From the NCBI GenBank assembly GCA_964016885.1, contig OZ024740.1, positions 101,060,001 through 101,124,000 of the forward strand: 64,000 bases of DNA, in the 5' to 3' direction. Source of the DNA: Eledone cirrhosa (Eukaryota). Positions within the stretch are counted from its first letter, which is position 1, and each line of letters starts with the position of its first letter. The notes under the pieces were generated by a model. It was not told the DNA's origin. It saw only the letters and a program-made list of their open reading frames with translations, and made no database searches. Of the stretch, positions 1 through 13,099 are shown piece by piece. A program made the position numbers and the translations under genes.

Positions 1-103
1 GATGAAAGGCAAAGCTAACCTCGGTGGGATTTGAACACAGAACATAAAAGGAAGCATGGTGTCCGACGCTCTACCAATACTGCCACTGCCAATCCACTGC
101 CCT
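1..103 (-). mobile_element. tRNA-derived SINE, 5' part (cut by the window edge)
   Basis: Reverse complement matches the SINE head at 7096 and 56367 (gggc..tggattggcagt..ggtagag, B-box-like gttcaaatcc, ctttgcctttcatc). Confidence 0.85.
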
Positions 104-107
104 TAAT

Positions 108-447
108 CATCATCATCATCATCATCACCGTTTTACGTCCGTTCTTCCACGCTAGCATGGGTTAGACGGGTTGTCCTGTTGTGGGCAGTGTCTGGTCGGC
201 TGACCATGCCTTGCTCATACAGGAACTGATCTGGCTTGATTTCTACAGCTGGATGCCCTTCCTAACACCAACCTCATTTACAGTGAGTGCTGGGTGCTTT
301 TTCGTGGCGCCTACACGTCCACTTTACAGTGTGGGCTGGGTGCTTTTTTGCCGTGGCACCTCCACGACCACCTTGCGGTGGGGGGGGGGAGTGGGGGCAT
401 ATTGTTTATATGCTTCAGCATGTACCCATGGGAGGTCGGGTACCCTG

Positions 448-450
<3 letters not shown>
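108..450 (-). mobile_element. RTE-clade LINE 3' end (3'UTR plus (GAT)n tail), 5'-truncated
   Basis: Reverse complement is nearly identical to about 26606-26940, which follows an RTE ORF C-terminus. I see two substitutions and a G-run length difference. Confidence 0.9.
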
Positions 451-505
<55 letters not shown>

Positions 506-517
506 GTAATAGTAATA
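449..517. repeat. (AAT)n microsatellite
   Basis: Directly visible. Confidence 0.98.
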
Positions 518-520
518 TTT

Positions 521-878
521 GACACGAGAGTGCAAGAAAAGGAGAGGGAGAAAATTAACCGATACCAGGATTTAAAGTGGGAGTTAAAAAGGATTTGAAA
601 CTGCCATGAAATCAAGGTCATCCCGATAGTCATCAGAGCACTAGGTACTATCTCAAAGAGTTTCCAAGGATGGTTAAAGAATATTAGTCCAGCTCCGGTT
701 TTTGGAACACTTCAAAAGGCATGCTTGGTGGGAACAGCCAGAACCCTCCGATACGTCCTGAATGTCTGAGGCTGCAGGTAGCGGCTTGATATTCATTTCA
801 ACAAACTTTCCAGTTAAATAACATTAATGACTGAGACTCAAAGAACAATAATAAAAATAATAATAATAATAATAATAA
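521..878 (+). mobile_element. R4/Dong-like non-LTR retrotransposon 3' end (restriction-like endonuclease C-terminus, 3'UTR, (TAA)n)
   Basis: 521-769 translates DTRVQEKEREKINRYQDLKWELKRI*NCHEIKVIPIVIRALGTISK...LQKACLVGTARTLRYVLNV*. This matches the K..KY.DL..E / V.PIV.GALG / LQKA.L.GTA..LR pattern of R4-clade RLE elements. One in-frame TGA at 596; (TAA)n on both sides. Confidence 0.8.
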
Positions 879-1341
879 CTGTGATTTATTTCATTTGCTA
901 TAAGATCCCAATACATTGTTACCAATATAAGAATGAAAACAACTCTGAGTAAAGGAAAGGAGACAGCACCAAAATAAAAACAGTAGGAATAACAACAATA
1001 TACATTTTAATAGATATTAATAGCATTAGAACAGAATAATAATAATAATAATAATAATAATGAAATTATTGTGTACAGTGCTCAGGTGCACTACAACTCA
1101 TCAAAGGTGCATGTATAGTACATAGAATAATGTACAAATGTCAGGAAAATGAACAGTGTATGAGTCATGATATAATAATAACAATAACAATAATAATGAA
1201 ATATTGTGTACAGTGCCCAGGTGCACCACAACTCATCAAAAAGTGCATGTACAGTACATAGGGCAATGCACAAACATCAGGAAAATGAACAGTGCATGAG
1301 TCATGATATACACATGTGTGCATGTGTATGGAAGGGGGACA

Positions 1342-3279
1342 TCAGGTGTAGTTTTGACGTATTTCGGGAAGCATGATTGTCTTAAAGGATGCAGTGTCTC
1401 GGCAGTTAACAACTGACGCAGCCAGTTTGTTCCATGATTCAGCAACTCTGAGCGTGAAAAAATGTCTACGAAAGTCATGGGAGCTGTGCTGTTTTCTGAT
1501 TGTGTAGGCATGTCCACGTGTGTTAGACACATGGAGATCAAAAAGGTGCTCAGTGTTGCAATTGGCGAGATGGTTAATAACTTTGTGGGTATTCACCAAG
1601 TCCATTGCTAGACGTCGGAGCTTCAATGAATCCATGCCCAGGGAAGCAAGGCGTTCAGAGTATGGAAGGTGTCTGATGGAGGGTATGCGCTTGGTTGCAC
1701 GTCTCTGAACAGTTTCCAGGAGGTCAATGTTCTGAGCAAGATAGGGGCTCCAGACTGATGATGCGAATTCCAAGTGTGGTCGTACCATAGCTGTATACAG
1801 TTTTAAATAGATGGCTGGAGAGCGGCTAACAAAGGTCTTGCTGAGTGATACCAAGACACCCTCGGCCTTCTTGACAATCTTAGAGACATGCTTTGTCCAA
1901 CGCAAATCGCTGCTGACAGTAATGCCCAGGTCACGTTCACAAGAGGACTTCTTGATATCAGTGTTGTGGAGGGAGTATGTGGACGCTGGATTTTTCCTCC
2001 CAAAATGCATGGTGGTACACTTGTCCACAGCCAGCTTCAGTTGCCAGTCTGTGATCCATTGCTGCATTGTGTCCAGGTCTGATTGTAGGAGAGAGTTGTA
2101 GATTTCAGGATCAGTCCTTTTGATTTCAAGGTACAGCTTGATGTCATCTGCATATTTCAGTACCGTGGCATTCTGTAAGTTGGCATCTATGTCATTAATA
2201 TATGCCACAAACAAAAGGGGACCAAGAACAGATCCCTGTGGTACACCAGATGACATCTCATATGGTGAAAAATGCTGTCCTAGAACCGTGACTACTTCTT
2301 TTCGGCTGAGAATGAAGGATTTCAACCAGTCGAAAAGATCATCCCTCACACCCATTGCAGAGAGTTTTGCCATAAGTCTTTTGTGTGGCACAGAATTAAA
2401 AGCCTTAGCAAAGTCAAGGTAAACAACATCAACCCATGAGCCGCTGTCAGTGATCCGGGTGATGTCTTCAAGGAACTCGATAAGCTGATCACAGCAGCTG
2501 GAGTTAGGGATAAATCCAAACTGTGAGGGCCAGATGAGGCTGTGAGAGCTCCAGAAGTTCCAAAGTGTTTCTCTGACACAGGATTCCATCAGTTTGGCCA
2601 TACAGCTAGTAAGACTGACTGGACGATAGTTGACAGGTGACATGCGGTTGACCTTTTTGAACAGGGGAATGACACTGGCAGTTTTCCACTGCTCCGGAGT
2701 AGCACCATTGCTGAGACAGTATTGAAAGAAGAAAGAAAGCTGGCGCAAAAGGAAATAGCCGCCACGTTTGAGAAGCAGGTATGTAACACCATCAAGACCA
2801 GGGGAGGCATAGTTGCGCTTATTCTTAAGGTGACGTCGCAACATTGCAGGTGTAAATTCCATAGTTGTTATGGAATTTGATGTTAGAGATGGTGTAGATG
2901 GTACATTCTGGTTTTCAACAGTAAAAATACTTGCATAGCACTCAGCAATGAGTTCTGCGCATTCTTTGGGATCGTCAGTGATCTGGCTTGTGTGGGGATT
3001 GCGAAGAGGACCAACTGGAGAGTGAGGTCTCTGCTTTGAATGAACATATTTCCAGAACACATTACTGTCAGGATTGGTTGCTATGCACTGTTCAAATTCA
3101 AGCACTGCCTTCTTTGTCACTTGCTTGAGATGGTTAGAAGATTTATTCCGCTTTTTTCTGTTGGCATCTGATTTATGCAGTTTATATTCCCGTTCAGCCT
3201 TCCGACGTTCTTTCCTGGCAAGTCGGACTGCTGAAGTTTCCCAAATTGCACTTTTGGGGTCGGTTTTTTTCTGGTTACG
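1342..3279 (-). pseudogene. CR1-group ORF2, reverse transcriptase part
   Basis: Motifs NYRPVSLTS, QFGF, VDVVYLDFAKAFNSVPH, SGVPQGSVLGPLLF, YADD, ERDLG, VRPHLEFASSVWSPY, LETVQRRATK, TRGH. The frame stays open upstream of 3120 to about 3279 (RNQKKTDPKSAIWETSAVR...). Confidence 0.95.
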
Positions 3280-4170
3280 TGGCCCATATTGAGTCCAGGA
3301 TGCTCTGGAGTATAGTGTTCACATCTCCAGAGTTATACATCTCATGCCAGTTTGGGCGCTGTAGCTCAGTGCAGTACAAGTTCCAATCTGCCCTCTTCCA
3401 ATCAAAGCAAGCAGATTGGAGATGGCTCTGGTTTTTGTTGCTGCCCACAAGTGCCAGATTGGCAATGATCATAGCATGATCAGAGTCGCCTAGAGGTTCT
3501 TCAGTAGTACAACTGATAACCACTTCAGGAGTAGTGGTGAAGATCAGGTCCAAAGTGTTGTCACCTCTTGTTGGAGAGGTGACTACTTGTGGCCAGTTTG
3601 AGTCCAGCACTAGTTCAAGGAGATCGTTTGCACCTTGTGGCCAACGAAAGGTTTCCCAATCGATCTCAGGATGATTGAAGTCACCTGCAATAAACACATA
3701 AGTGGCTGTTTTCTTGGCAGCAACTCTGAGGATATCGCAAAGCTGTGTGTCCTGATGGTAGTTTGGGGGGCGATAAACAACACCAAGCAGAAGTGTTGAC
3801 ATGGTCATACGTATGTCACAGAAAAAAACTTCTTCCTGTGATTCGTTCATATCAACGCAAGGAATTACCGAAAAGTTTGAACGAGCGTAGACCATCACAC
3901 CACCATCACGGCGATTAATGCGGTCCTTGCGGAAAAGGTTGTACCCAGTAATGCTGAAAACCCCATCACAGAGTAAGGAATGTGCCCATGTTTCTGTGAC
4001 TGTGATGAAGTCAGGGTCGATGCTTCTGACGTAGGATTCAAACAGATGTATCTTGTTGCATAAACTGCGAGCATTTAAGGACAACAATTTGTACCATGCT
4101 CGCAGTTTATGATGGTGTGTAGTGGGTGGCAGGTTGTTCTGGTTTAGTCTCCCAGAGTTGTAGCAGTTTT
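3275..4170 (-). pseudogene. CR1-group ORF2, APE endonuclease part (frameshifted from the RT part near 3278)
   Basis: Motifs LNARSL.NK, ITVTETW, RKDR..GGV, GVVYRPPN, AGDFNHPEIDW, PTRGDNTLDLIFT, SDH. Confidence 0.93.
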
Positions 4171-5205
4171 TTCATTGCCAGTTATTGTGGGTAGATCACA
4201 CTCAGACCAGCTGGTATCTCTCTTCCACGTTTCACCAGCCTTAACAAACCTCCAGATCTGCCCATCATCACGCAGACTAAAACATTCATGTTGTGCTGAG
4301 TTCCGATTCAAGGAAGCTGCAGCACGGAGCTTTGGACATACATGGGGTGGTAGGCCTGGGCATGTTCGGAAGGTAATCCGATTTTCACGCCCAGCTTTAA
4401 CAGAGGCCAGATGGTATGAGATTGCCTCAGTGGGGTCCGAAAAAGACAGCCTGATGATTCTGCAGTCTTCTCAGTGTGGCTGGATATGACAAGAGGTACA
4501 GGGAGATTCTTTAGCAAGGCATTCCGATAAGACCCCTCATTGTGGGGTCCTACCCGAATGCTTCCCTTTATTCCTGTTACTTCCCATCTTAAAGCAGAAA
4601 TCATTAGTTGCAATTCTGCAAAATCTGTACTGGTCGGTTGTTGTTGTTGTTGTTGGTGATGATGATGTTCCTCCACGGGAATGGTAAGGGAAGACACAGT
4701 CGCAGGTTGTTGGTGTCAAGATGTACTGGGAGCGGAAGACATGGGTTGTTGTTGTTTCTGATGTTCTCCCACAGGAATAGCAGCAGAAGCCAGTGTCATA
4801 GGTTTTTGCCGTTGTTCAGTAACAATGGTAGAGGAAGATACAGTCATCGGTTTTTGTTGTTGTTGTTGTTGTTTTTCAATAACATTAGTGGAGGCAGGCA
4901 CACAGGCCAGGCACTGAAAGGACCAGGATTTTAGCTGGACCATCTCCCATATTCCATCCATCATAGCATTATGATGTCTCTTTTTTTGGCCTGGGATCCT
5001 CCGGAAGCCTGTGGCGCATTGAAGGCAGACAGAGATGTGACAGGTTCCACATTCGACCCAGAGATTACGGAACGAGTTTTTGGGTTCCGTACAGATATGG
5101 CAGATGTGGTTTTCTGGGCAATGTTCTATTTTGGAACATTGACCAGTTTTGTCGCATACTTCATCGATGGATATCACCATGGCAATTTTGTTATTTCTAC
5201 CCATC
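4144..5205 (-). pseudogene. CR1-group ORF1 with PHD-like zinc finger and Q-rich repeats; in-frame stop and probable frameshift
   Basis: CHIC...WVECGTCHISVCLQC...WSFQCLAC, then about 20-aa QQQKPMT.SS repeats. TGA at 4716-4718 is in frame with the 4308-4697 ORF. Another frame gives a plausible C-terminus (...DDGQIWRFVKAGETWKRDTSW...LGD*) ending near 4144. Confidence 0.7.
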
Positions 5206-7095
5206 CGTAGAAAAATACAGAATGTAAACAATATAGGTTTAGCGCACTTGATTACGATAGAAATAAGACATGTCAACTAGGACCAGCTCCCCAATAGGGG
5301 ACACAGCACTTTAGGATAATTCCTGGGAGAACCCCTCACAAAATCCCTGATTGAAAGTACCTTCTCCTGATTTATTTCCTGTCACTTAGAAAAGCATACC
5401 ACCAGAAATACATAATGAAACACAACACAGTAACTGCAGAATATGTGACATGAGTGTGAATGTGGAGAGATTAAATATGAACACATCAAATGCTTTTATT
5501 TGTTACACTGATGGCTTGGTAGAGTAAAAAGAATAGAGGGTGATAGATGTGAAAGTAATGAATAGGATAGTGAAGAGAAAGGGCTCTTATTGAATATAAC
5601 ATCATCAGGTCTGTTGACATGACATGTAACCTCTGTATGCTTTGTAATATGATTGATGTTAGGAAGAACAAGTTGTAGGAATCATGTCAAAATTTGTAAC
5701 TTACTTACATGGTCCTCTTAGCTGTCTAGGAGAGGGGGGTAGTAGCTCTGACTTGGACAGTGATGAGCCATCTAACACATGTCAGCATGGAAAGCAGATG
5801 TAAAATGATGACAGTGATGATGATGAGGATGAACAAGAGATTTAATATAGATATATTATACAACTTAAACTCTATCACTACCATCATTTTTTCGACACCC
5901 ATTTTGCCATCTTTGCACTCATAGGGAAGTTTTCCTCAGCACTATGTGTTTCAAATCATCACAGTTCTTTGTTATCTTCTGCATGAGATTAAGTTTCTTA
6001 AGATTAATTTTCATTACTTCCTCACATGTCTTCCGAAATCCAGAGGCTAATTTATTAAGAAGAAAAGAATCATGTTTCATATACTCTGGATTTGTACACC
6101 AAACTCATGTGCCCGGAAATGAATTTCTTATCCATTTAGCAAAGTTGACTCTTAAATAAAGTAAAGTGAAGTATGTTGTATGCTATTACAAGCCAACACA
6201 ATACAGTACTAAATTACATTAGAACTAATACTATTATAGAGGTAAATAACTTAATTATTACTATTAAGAATTATGTTGATCTGGGAAACAGAGAATAAAT
6301 TGACAGAAATAAATGAAACGATGGAAGAATATGGACTGAGACTACCAAGAAATTGAATCCAGAAGATGCTGAGAACATTTGGATTGTGAAAAACGAAATG
6401 AAAAGAAATACATTTGACTTTGTGAGAGAAGTGACTTATGTTCCCAACAATTAAAATTAATAGATTTCTACAGAGAATAAATCAATAGATGGGGAATTGC
6501 ATGTTCCACACAAAACAATAGAGATTCTGCCAAAAACTAAATAAAGACTTCAGCAATGGTTAAATTAATGCTTAAAGTTAAAGAATACAGTCATTATCAG
6601 GTGAAATCTGAGATAGCAAAAGAAAAATGAAAAATGAGTGTATTGAAAATAGGGAAAAGGGTATAATGCATTTCTGCTGCAAATGCTGCTGTTGTTGTTA
6701 TTATTAGTATTACTATTATTATTATCATGTCCTTTCTCAGTATTATTATCGATTATTATTGTTGTTGTTGCTATCATTAATGTGCAAGAAAATGGGTGGC
6801 ACTATCACTGGCACAACTGACAGTATCTGGAAGAATCAACATAAAAAATACATAGAATTCATAAACAGAAAAAAGGCTGCTTTAAAAATTACTCAGTGGG
6901 TTTGCAACTAAAAGAAAATGTGTGCAATGAATTTTAGTGAAATATATGAAATTGTTGATATAGTGAAACTATAGTCATATAATAAAAACACGGGCTGAAA
7001 TTTTAAACGTGGTTTTGCAGAACAGTCCCTAAGAACTAACAATATCCAATTTTATACACATAAAAAATATTTCATTTATTACTAAGGCATGGCAA

Positions 7096-7317
7096 GGGCG
7101 GTAGATTGGCAGTATCGATAGAGCATCGGATAACATGCTTCGCAGCATAGAGTTGTGGCCCTCTACTTTCTGAGTTCAAATCCTGCCAAGGTTAGTTTTG
7201 CCATTCATCCTTATAGGGTCGATAAAATAAAGCACCAGTATTGCACTGGTATTGATTTAATCGACTTTCCTCTCCCTTTCAAATTGCTGGCCTTGTGCCT
7301 ATAGTAGAAACCATTAC
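7096..7317 (+). mobile_element. tRNA-derived SINE with Meta-like central domain
   Basis: A-box-like tggcagtatcga, B-box gttcaaatcc, core ttcatcctt..gggtcgataaaataaag.accag. Imperfect TSD attac(t/c)aa(g/a)gcatggca on both sides. Confidence 0.85.
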
Positions 7318-8529
7318 CAAAGCATGGCAGAGGCAAATTGTATAGAAGACCAGTTACTTTGAATAAAAACTAATACAGAATATCAGAATAGGGTTTATGT
7401 GTGTTTTTTTTTTTGTGTGTATCATCAATGGGAGTTACTGCATGTACTTGTGTGCCTGTGTTTTATTTGTGTGTGTTTATATACAAATGTGTGTATGCAT
7501 GTACACATGTGTGTGAGGAACATGTTTATGGGCTTTATCAGTATATGCGTGTTTGAGTGAGCTTGTGACATTATTAGTGTGTATATGTGTTTATGTCTGT
7601 GGGCGTAAGCATGTATGATTGCTTGTACATGTGTGTGTATACCGAATAAGAAGAGAGATGTATCCAGAGCCTATATTCTGAAGTTTCAGTAGTTGGGTTT
7701 CAGAAATTGAGTTGGGATTTGAGAAAAAGGCTATGTATAATAGTCATCATTAGTTCAATATTTGGTAGCTGGTGGCCAAATATAAAGAAAAGAAGTGGGT
7801 GGCCACTTGATATGTGAAAACAATTGGTTTGGATGTCAATTAAAAAGAATTGAGGAATTCAGAGTTGTCCTTACAGGTTCATTGAAGGTGACCAAGTGTC
7901 ATGTGTGCATGTGTTTGTAGGAGTGGTGTATATTTGTTAGTGATAGTGATGGTGGTGGTGGTAGTGAGTGTGTAGTGGTTCAGCCTGCTTTTCTCTTTTG
8001 TTGTGTATTACCAATGGGAATAAATAAATAAATATATATATATAGTAATAATAAATACAAAGACCAAAAATCCGATGAGGGCTCCATAAGGATAGTATAT
8101 ATATATATATATGTATAATCATATATAAACCCTTAGAACAAATATTTATTATTAGTACAGATTAAAGTTTAAGCATAGGGTGAAAGCAGAAATTATTTGC
8201 TTAAACTTTAAACTTGGGCATGGAGAGGGGAGACTGTTATGCATAGGTGACTGCTGGTCTTCCACAAACAACTTTGAACAGACTTGTGCCTCAGAGGGAA
8301 AATTTCTATGTGCAAATCCTATAGGCACTTGTGATTGAATGGGGTCTTCACTGTTTACACTTACATACATACATTCATATATACATATATACATATATAC
8401 ATGCATGCATGATGCATACATACATATATGCATACATGTCTACTTACATACATACATAGATAATGATGGCTGCCCCCTCGTTATCGAGTATGGCCATTGT
8501 ACGATATAATATTATTAATAATTATCAAT

Positions 8530-8735
8530 GTATATGTATAACCCCTGGGAGTGAAGGACCCCTAGCATTTGTCAGGGCATTCTTCTAGGAGAAGGCAACT
8601 CAGGGAACTGGGATACTCCAACATAAAATCTGCGGTACAGTAGTTACCGATGATGTTGATCTTTTCTTCTTTTCGGGTTATAGCTACTGTCACTCAGAGA
8701 GTGGGATTGGCTCAGTGCACAGTCTTTCCTCACTT
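8530..8735 (+). mobile_element. Diverged relative of the 46707-47318 element
   Basis: Shares ttctaggagaagg.aactc, gatgatgttga.ct.ttcttctttt and agagagtggga.tggct..gtgca blocks. Confidence 0.6.
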
Positions 8736-9609
8736 CCCATGCATACATAACATACATACATGTGTGCATACATAGAAAAGATGTCTAAATGATCATTTTA
8801 GAATCGATAATGAGGAAGAAAAGAGATTATCATACTGAATTTAGTCAACATATCCGATGCCTACAAATTGTTTAATGAAATGTGTGTGAAATTTATGATG
8901 TAAAGTATATGAGTGTGAAAAAGCAGAATACTTGTATGAAATCCAGTAGCATTGAAATCAGCACAGAAAGGAAGAATATAATAGACCATATGAAGTTGGA
9001 TGTTATTGCAAATGAAAACAAGTTATTGGAACAGGTGTGGAGATATATGAATTATAATATATTACAATCTCCAATGGTGAAATTATTACTGTAACCCAAC
9101 TTAGAAGATAGGTGTAAAACTATTAGCATTCTCATTTCCATTTCATCTCAGGTACTTTGTCAATTCTGATGATGAGTGTTCTAGTTGGTTGATCAACAAA
9201 ATAGTTTGCTTATTTACCAAACATATAAGTGTACTCTTAACTGAGTTCTCAGGGAGATTCAGTGTGACACAATTATGGTAAGGCAGTTCCTGTGAATTGC
9301 AGGTATAGCTCACTTTTGCCAGCTGAATGTATGGAGTAATGTGAAATAAAACGAGTTTCTCAACAACACAACATTAAGTGCTTGGCATTAGGAAGGGCAT
9401 TCAGTCATAGAAACTATGTCAAATATCGAATGTAATGACCAAGGTTGGCCCCTTTGACCCATCTATAAAATGCATCAAACTCATGCCAGCAGTGTCCACA
9501 GATATTCAAATGACGATGAGGATAATTAATGTCTTATCAAGATTAAAGTAGTAGAGTTATCAGTAAATCACAGGTATGAGGACAGTGGCTTTTGGAAAAT
9601 TATATATAG

Positions 9610-9930
9610 TGTTTGGATAAATGGGGCTAAATCAAAACAATTCAATGTAGGAGTCTGACTCTGCCTTGGGTGCATACTGTCACCTCTCATGTTCATTATT
9701 TTCATGAACAGGATAGGCATTTGCTGCCATATTGGAAGTGGTATCACAACTGGCAGGTGTAAAATCAGTCAGCTAGAATTTGCAGTTGACATGGTGTTAC
9801 TTAATTCATCAGAAGGTGATCTCCGACTTGCACTTGATAGGTTTCATGCCAAGTGCTCTATGGTTGGAATGAAAATCAATGCTGCAAAAACTGAGACGCT
9901 TGTCCTCTCAAGGAAGCCTACACAGTGCAC
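9610..9930 (+). pseudogene. RTE-clade (Rex3/Expander-like) reverse transcriptase fragment
   Basis: VWINGAKSKQFNVGV*LCLGCILSPLMFIIFMNRI...ISQLEFAVDMVLL..SEGDLRLALDRF...GMKINAAKTETLVLSRK, a decayed GLRQGC.LSP / FADD region. Confidence 0.85.
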
Positions 9931-12900
9931 AAATACATTTAATTTGAATGATATTGTGTCCCCTTTCCCTTGATGCCCTAAGTATGTGCTTATTTTGCTT
10001 AGTAATTAATCCAGCTCTGATTTCAGTAAGAAAAATAGGCTTTGAGAGCTAGAGAATCTAGGGTTATGCTAAAATCTATGAGGCTGGATTTGAGAAGTAT
10101 AGGGAAATGCCCTTACTCCATTTCCATTATTAAATGTAAGGTCAAAGTTCAAACTGGATTTATCTCAGACAAATACTATAAGTGACCATTTCGTAGATGT
10201 ATAACAAGATTTCTGATACTTTATAGTATATAACACAATCACAAAATGAAACAAAATTGAATATAACACTAGAGAGAGAGAAAGTGTGTGTGTTATACAT
10301 GATTATAATGACTTTTTAGCAATCTAATTGTTTCAAGTTCAACACATGTTTTCAAATCAAGCTATGTGCCAGACAAGTACAATTTTGAAAATGGTTAATT
10401 AATTAAGCAGTATAAATTATATGAAGCATTGTGAAATACATGGTTAGGATAGTTTTGGGAAAGCCAGCATAGTACAAGTTAGGAATACAAGAGTGAAATT
10501 AGAGTAGAATAAATTAAGAAAGACTAAACATAAACACAATTTACACTTTTAACACTTTTACCTTATATTTCATATTTAGTGCTTAGGACCTTTTTTCAAA
10601 AGAAATGGCATGTGTTGGGAACAATGGAGGATCTTACTCATCATCCCCATCATACTTGATTTTTCAAGGGGTACTAACCCCCAAATATGAAATATAAAGT
10701 GTAAACAGTAGTTATGTTTTTTTCTTATTTTATCTAGTTTTCACTCTTGTTATTAAACTTTATTTTTAATTTAAAATTTGATATCAATAAAGTTAAAATA
10801 TTGGAATACTGATTGATCTTATCATGATGCATTCAAATCTTCTTACAACTACTGTTATTGGTACAATCTAACTAACAGGCTGCCACACAGTTTTGATCTA
10901 TCCAATTCCACAAGCTGTGGCAATGGTAATGAGACATACCAAAGGATGCCCCCAAATGTGATCAAAGCCAAGATATCATAACCACAAAGTGAAATTCTTA
11001 ATCACTCAGCAATGCCTGCATGTATGAGAGCTCTTTAGCACTCTTATATTAATTACTCCCAGATTTAATGATAGAACAAGAGTTAAATTTTGCAAATGTT
11101 TCAAATCCACATACTGGATTCAAAACATCTAAAGAGGCTCCTTTATGAACAGTGATACATTTCACTGATGCTTTTGGCTACTCTTCAACAAGTTGAGAAG
11201 ACCTTTTAGTTTTAGTGAGGACATAACAACCTCTCTAGTTTTGTTGCCTTGATAAAATACATCCAGTACACTATGTAAGTTGTAGGTGTTGGGATGGGTA
11301 TTCAGCAGTAGAAACTATGCTAAAAATGGAACATTCTAGCAAGACTTGATTTCCCAACCCATCTGAGGTAGTAGTAACCTCAAATAAGAACCAACTCAGA
11401 TTGAGACAACCCATCCAGCTCATCACAACGTGAAAAGCAAGCATAAAATCATCATGATTATGAAGATGATGATATCAATGATAGTGATTATAAATCTAAT
11501 AGAAATTTTTCATTAAGTTATTATCTACAATGTTTGTCTGATTTAAATTCTTGAATAAAATCTGTGTTAGAAATTTTTAATTAACATCAGAATTTCTCTT
11601 CAATATAAAGAACATATCTTGATTTTGTTTCCAATAAACGTTTAGACGATAATAAACACCTCAAGATTTTTACACAATATAGAGTATGTATTCAGAAAAA
11701 AACATGCTGGAATTTTTTTTTTTTTTTTAAGAAGTGTTATTTGATGGAAGTATTGAGATAAAATACTTTTTAAAAAAATATTCCTTGGAGTCCACTCTGT
11801 ACTGAAATTTTGACTCATCTCCAGAGATTTTCTTTTATCAGAGCTTTATATTTTGATTTAAAGTATCTAAGTATTTTCTTCTTTCTCTCAGAAATATCCA
11901 AAAGGTAAATCATGAATATATAACTAAATAAATAACAAAAACAAAAATGTGATATAAAAGAAACTGTGTTAACTGATAAGGTTATTGCGTGCAGAAAAGT
12001 GTATAAGTACATAATACTTTTTTTTTAAAGTAAAATAAAGTAAAATGAAATGGAATAAATAAAACAAATATTGAAAAAGCTGAACAACAAAACAAAACAG
12101 GAAGGTGAACTAGCCAAAATGTAAATATTCAAAACAAAATCAATTCAAGCAGTGAAACTAGCGAAGTATCTGTAAACAAAAATGTTGCATTGAAGAAGAA
12201 ATTAATTGTAATATATCATTGAAGAAGAAAGATATACTTGATAAGGAAATATCTGAATTTTTCAGCTCCCCGCAGTACAATTTTTAAGGTTTTCCTATAT
12301 TTGAAGCATATCAGATAAATAACAACCTCTCCACCACCCCCTTCCAAAGAAAACAAAAACTACTACACATATAGGACACTGCTGGTGCACAAATTTAGGC
12401 TAATCAAAATATTAATAAAGATGTAAATAAACAAATAATAAAATTAAATTTATCACACAAATTTATCACACGTTCTCATCAACCTCAACATATTGATCAT
12501 CATCATCACAGTTATCTTTATTTGTACAAATATTTTTTTAAATGATTATGTGTTTCATGGGACTCTGTATAATCAATTTTTAACTCTAATTTATATCCTC
12601 CTGGTAGTATGAGATAAAACAGCTGTGTAGTTTAAAGAGTTTAAAGTTGTGAGCTTGTGTGTATATTTATTTGTTTTTCTAACCTCTGAACTTCAACTTG
12701 ATGAACCCTGGGTTCATCAAGTAGAACTTTATTATAGTTTTAATAAATCAATATACTCTTCTTTGGTGAGGTAAATCTATTGCATTGTTGCTTTTTTAAA
12801 GTGTGTGCGATCAGGTAAAATTTGAACTCAAAGTTTTGGACATTCATTCGGTTTGATACCGGTTAACATTATCATCTAGAAGTTTGTTTTTATTTTTAAC

Positions 12901-13099
12901 AAGTCACTTGGGCCTATATATTTTCAAGAAGTGAGAAATGAGGAGTGTGAAAGTTCTCATATAATTCCAAGAATATTATGGTACACAGGTAGTATAATGA
13001 CTTCTGTTAGAAATTGAAAATGTGAAACAATCTCAATTTAAAGGGAGATTACTGCTAACATAAAGGCATATTTTCTATTATTCATTTTATGATTGTACT

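Larger units (their letters stand above)
1175..5300 (-). mobile_element. Near-full-length CR1-group LINE (ORF1, APE-RT ORF2, 3'UTR with (ATT)n tail), disrupted
   Basis: ORF1 and ORF2 are collinear on the minus strand, followed by a short 3'UTR ending in an AAT-type repeat. The 5' boundary is uncertain. Confidence 0.92.

Noticed and set aside
287-633. Poly-I, poly-N and poly-Y ORFs here, and the many YIYI, CVCV and HTHT ORFs elsewhere in the track
   Set aside because: They are translations of microsatellites, not genes.
1520-3479. Plus-strand ORFs over the CR1 element
   Set aside because: They are antisense shadows of the RT and EN reading frame.
6300-6540. Coding-looking purine-rich stretch (similar at 8800-9100)
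   Set aside because: Stops or frameshifts, no splice signals and no recognisable motif; probably very old TE debris.
7096-7200. tRNA gene
   Set aside because: A and B boxes are present, but it continues into a multi-copy SINE body and no cloverleaf is evident.
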